From an uncultured virus (IMG/VR IMGVR_UViG_3300046534_001004) (lineage: Duplodnaviria > Heunggongvirae > Uroviricota > Caudoviricetes), in the IMG/VR virus record IMGVR_UViG_3300046534_001004: DNA of 20,000 nt. One strand, given 5' to 3'. The notes under the pieces are model-generated. The model did no database searches and had not been told where the DNA came from. It saw only the letters and a list, made by a program, of their open reading frames with translations. The translations under genes were made by a program, and so were the position numbers. Numbering within the stretch: the first letter of the stretch is position 1; every line of letters begins with the position of its first letter. This document shows positions 17,816 through 20,000 of this stretch, one piece after another.

Positions 17816-18121
17816 TTATCGAGACCTATCCGTGTTGCAGCCCTGACAGATAATTCTTAGATTGTCAAGATTGTTAGTTCCTCCCTTGGACTTTTCTAAG
17901 ATATGATCGAGACTAGCCATTCTTCTCGCTTGGGCTTTTCTTCCCTCTGGATCTTTGTTCCTCTTTATCTTTTCTTCATGAATTGGAAAGTACATTCTTT
18001 CCCCACAGCAAGGACAGAAGAATTCTTTATGAGCCCAAGCGCGAGCCTTCATGCGGCTTCCCGCTCTCATCGCTGTTTTATGAAAGTCTTTCATAATACG
18101 CTCCCATCGTTGCCGTCCCAA
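17816..18121 (-). CDS. HNH endonuclease
   Basis: CPCCG...ASLDHILEKSKGGTNNLDNLRIICQGCN: Zn-binding CxxC pairs plus DH...GG.N...NL...C..CN motif. The start could be the internal Met near 18094. Confidence 0.9.
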   Translation of the reverse strand: MGRQRWERIMKDFHKTAMRAGSRMKARAWAHKEFFCPCCGERMYFPIHEEKIKRNKDPEGRKAQARRMASLDHILEKSKGGTNNLDNLRIICQGCNTDRSR

Positions 18122-18420
18122 TCGTAGTAGACCATACGACCGTTTTCTCGTTCTACATGTGTAGATACGTGATGCCAGTGTGATTTCATTTCGTTTGTGA
18201 CCACGGTATCGTATTTCACCGGTTCATAGATAATCTTAACCTTAAACAAACCTCGAAAATATTGTCTGTGTCCTGAAACGGTGATGTCGGACACAACTCG
18301 TTCACTTTGCATCAGTGTTCGATAATCATAAGAGCTCAGCTCGAGAACGTGTTTACCTCCTGTCTTCATGTCTTCTGTTTGCATTGCTTTGTGATATAGA
18401 TAGTTGATTACTTGGATCAT
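18091..18420 (-). CDS. Hypothetical protein
   Basis: 109-aa ORF with GGTGGA SD in the minus-strand gene array. Confidence 0.65.
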   Translation of the reverse strand: MIQVINYLYHKAMQTEDMKTGGKHVLELSSYDYRTLMQSERVVSDITVSGHRQYFRGLFKVKIIYEPVKYDTVVTNEMKSHWHHVSTHVERENGRMVYYDWDGNDGSVL

Positions 18421-18431
18421 TTTATTTCCAC

Positions 18432-18647
18432 CTAAAAAAATTCAGTTAAAACATCTGGGTGTGATGGCAATGGAGCAAAAGGTCGTTCAACTCCCCACGG
18501 ACCCAAGAACGCTTTACCATAGCCAAGCGACCACCCATTGTGTGCTTGTGACCACTTCACGTGAACCCACTTGCCGCGATGAAACGCTAAACACTCGACA
18601 CCATCTTCACGATCAGTAAGAGGGACTTCCCAAGGTTTGTCAGTCAT
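18432..18647 (-). CDS. Hypothetical protein (Trp-rich)
   Basis: 71 aa; ATGA overlap with the upstream gene, GGAG SD. Confidence 0.65.
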   Translation of the reverse strand: MTDKPWEVPLTDREDGVECLAFHRGKWVHVKWSQAHNGWSLGYGKAFLGPWGVERPFAPLPSHPDVLTEFF

Positions 18648-18910
18648 CTCTCTGCTCCCTTCATATTTATTTCGGTAATCTCAGCAACGACGCACTGAGC
18701 TGCACCCTGCATAGAGTATCCACCAACCAACCCGACAACCGAGTAAGCTGCGTCCCAGTTTTTGTCTACGTAAGTACACCCGATACCCTGAACTTCTCCG
18801 TTTCGAGCTTCTTGCAGCATCCTTTCTAAAAACTTGATGACTACTTCGTTCGGTTCAGTTACGACAGGTAAACTGTGATATCCCGGTCCTGATATTACGT
18901 TGTCACTCAT
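18644..18910 (-). CDS. Conserved hypothetical phage protein
   Basis: 88 aa; VIKFLERMLQEARNGEVQGIG pattern; GAGGA SD; abuts the upstream gene. Confidence 0.7.
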   Translation of the reverse strand: MSDNVISGPGYHSLPVVTEPNEVVIKFLERMLQEARNGEVQGIGCTYVDKNWDAAYSVVGLVGGYSMQGAAQCVVAEITEINMKGAER

Positions 18911-19114
18911 TTAATATCCTCTATTTAGAGCAGTGACAGCTGAAGGTTTCCTCAACTGCCCTGACAAAGCTTCCAAAATCGGTGCTTGCAGATCCATGAA
19001 GACAGATCGCATCAGTGAGTGAAGATCTGTCTGGAACTCAGCAGCATCTCTCGGATCGGAGGGTGTCCATCGTTCTTGGAATCTCTTCATCTTGTGATTT
19101 AATGCGTCGCTCAT
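18911..19114 (-). CDS. Hypothetical protein
   Basis: 67 aa; AAAGGA SD. Confidence 0.65.
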   Translation of the reverse strand: MSDALNHKMKRFQERWTPSDPRDAAEFQTDLHSLMRSVFMDLQAPILEALSGQLRKPSAVTALNRGY

Positions 19115-19180
19115 GGTATTCCTTTCAATATTGTACCCAAGAGGGCAGGCGCGTGCCTTGGTCTAAAAATCCGAAAATGG

Positions 19181-19660
19181 TTATCTAAAGGGACCAGTTC
19201 CTAGATCATCTAACTGATCTACTTTGTCTGTATGGCGACTGTTTCCCATTAGTTCTCCACAGCGATGGCATTGTCCAGTGTGGACATCAAAGTCTTTGCT
19301 CTCGCATTTTGACTTGTAGGCGAAAGTGTCTTTTGCGACTTGTGTTGGGTCGCACGAATCGAAAGTAAACATGTCACCTTCTATTTTGGTTATTTCACAT
19401 GGTCTTCCCTTGTTGGAGAAAACGAAGTCACCAACTCGCAACTCACTGGCAGGATAGAACTTGGCTTGAGTTATTTTGCTCATACTTTCAGCCTCAGTGA
19501 GGTCTATTTGGTTGTTTACCATTTCTGAGTGGTAGATCAGGTCTTCGCAGAGTTTGTTTCCTAGCTCATTCAGGGGCGGGTTGGCATACTTTTTCCGATC
19601 TATCATGGCTCCGGCTAGGATCTTGAGTTGTGTCGAGCTCATCTTTACGATTATGTTCAT
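19181..19660 (-). CDS. Hypothetical protein (SH3/KOW-like middle, Cys/His C-terminus)
   Basis: 159 aa; first gene after the 19747 promoter; PASELRVGDFVF..GRPCEITKIE and C...C..CG motifs. Confidence 0.6.
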   Translation of the reverse strand: MNIIVKMSSTQLKILAGAMIDRKKYANPPLNELGNKLCEDLIYHSEMVNNQIDLTEAESMSKITQAKFYPASELRVGDFVFSNKGRPCEITKIEGDMFTFDSCDPTQVAKDTFAYKSKCESKDFDVHTGQCHRCGELMGNSRHTDKVDQLDDLGTGPFR

Positions 19661-19718
19661 GGTTTGTCTCTTTTTTATTTTGGTATTTTAATCGGTGTTT
19701 GCTAAGTCATGCTTTATA

Positions 19719-19747
19719 ATGTTAAGGGGGTGGGGTTGGTGTGACAA
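19719..19747 (-). promoter_or_regulatory. Putative sigma70-like promoter at the head of the minus-strand gene array
   Basis: TTGTCA-N17-TAACAT, about 60 nt upstream of the ATG at 19660. Confidence 0.65.
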
Positions 19748-19810
19748 GTGGTTTGTGTCGCTTGGGATGAGGGGATTACGGAGGATGGGGTCCAGCTCTG
19801 GGTACGCGAG

Positions 19811-20000
19811 AGCCTGTACCAAAAATGCCACACCCTGCCCGTTGGTGGGGGCGGGTTGCATAATTGCAACAGTAGGGCAAGGCTTGCGCCCTGCCCCTTG
19901 TGCCTTGCCCGTTGCCTTACTTGCTAGGTGCCACCAACCAGCTTTGCGCCACGTTGCTAGCCCACGTGGGCATATTGTGCGCGGCCCAACCACCGCGCGG
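19811..20000. other. GC-rich, GA/TC-free, palindrome-rich non-coding segment (runs to the window edge)
   Basis: Hand count A32 C64 G54 T40 (62% GC); zero GA and zero TC dinucleotides; several inverted repeats. Confidence 0.85.

Noticed and set aside
19115..19180. TACAAT as a -10 box upstream of the 67-aa gene
   Set aside because: No plausible -35 box or correctly placed extended TG.
486..19528. All plus-strand ORFs in the track (e.g. 1512-1919, 12656-13330)
   Set aside because: They lie antisense to well-supported minus-strand genes and have no recognisable motifs; shadow ORFs.
19688..19993. 101-aa minus-strand ORF
   Set aside because: It overlaps the promoter and the palindromic GA/TC-free zone. 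Lack of GA removes TGA stops there and high GC lowers the others, so an open frame is expected by chance; the sequence is not protein-like.
1..20000. CRISPR array, tRNA, integrase, intron/intein, stop-codon reassignment
   Set aside because: No repeat-spacer pattern or cloverleaf was noticed; terL, portal and capsid are uninterrupted and of normal size; TAA, TAG and TGA all end genes at sensible boundaries.

Overview
This window is the virion morphogenesis region of a long-tailed dsDNA phage (siphovirus), with essentially all real genes on the minus strand. Reading from the right end: a GC-rich non-coding tail (about 19700-20000) with a sigma70-like promoter, five small hypothetical genes and an HNH endonuclease, a four-gene fibre cassette with its own promoter, terminase large subunit, portal, scaffold, major capsid protein, three accessory head/virion proteins, adaptor, head closure, tail terminator, a 509-aa tail tube protein, a tail chaperone pair joined by a -1 frameshift, an HK97 gp10-like gene, and a tape measure gene that runs off the left edge. 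The ORF track misses both the tape measure gene and the frameshifted chaperone segment. Protein style and gene order resemble YuA/M6/RDJL-like siphoviruses (recalled similarity, no search run). The most unusual signals are: (1) the last 190 nt contain no GA or TC dinucleotide, against about 22 expected, which suggests a zone kept free of a GA-targeted DNA modification such as 7-deazaguanine; (2) repeated CAUGG-loop hairpins in the scaffold and capsid leaders; (3) a frameshift cassette with slippery site, hairpin and internal SD; (4) an apparently leaderless portal transcript; (5) a fibre cassette placed upstream of the terminase.
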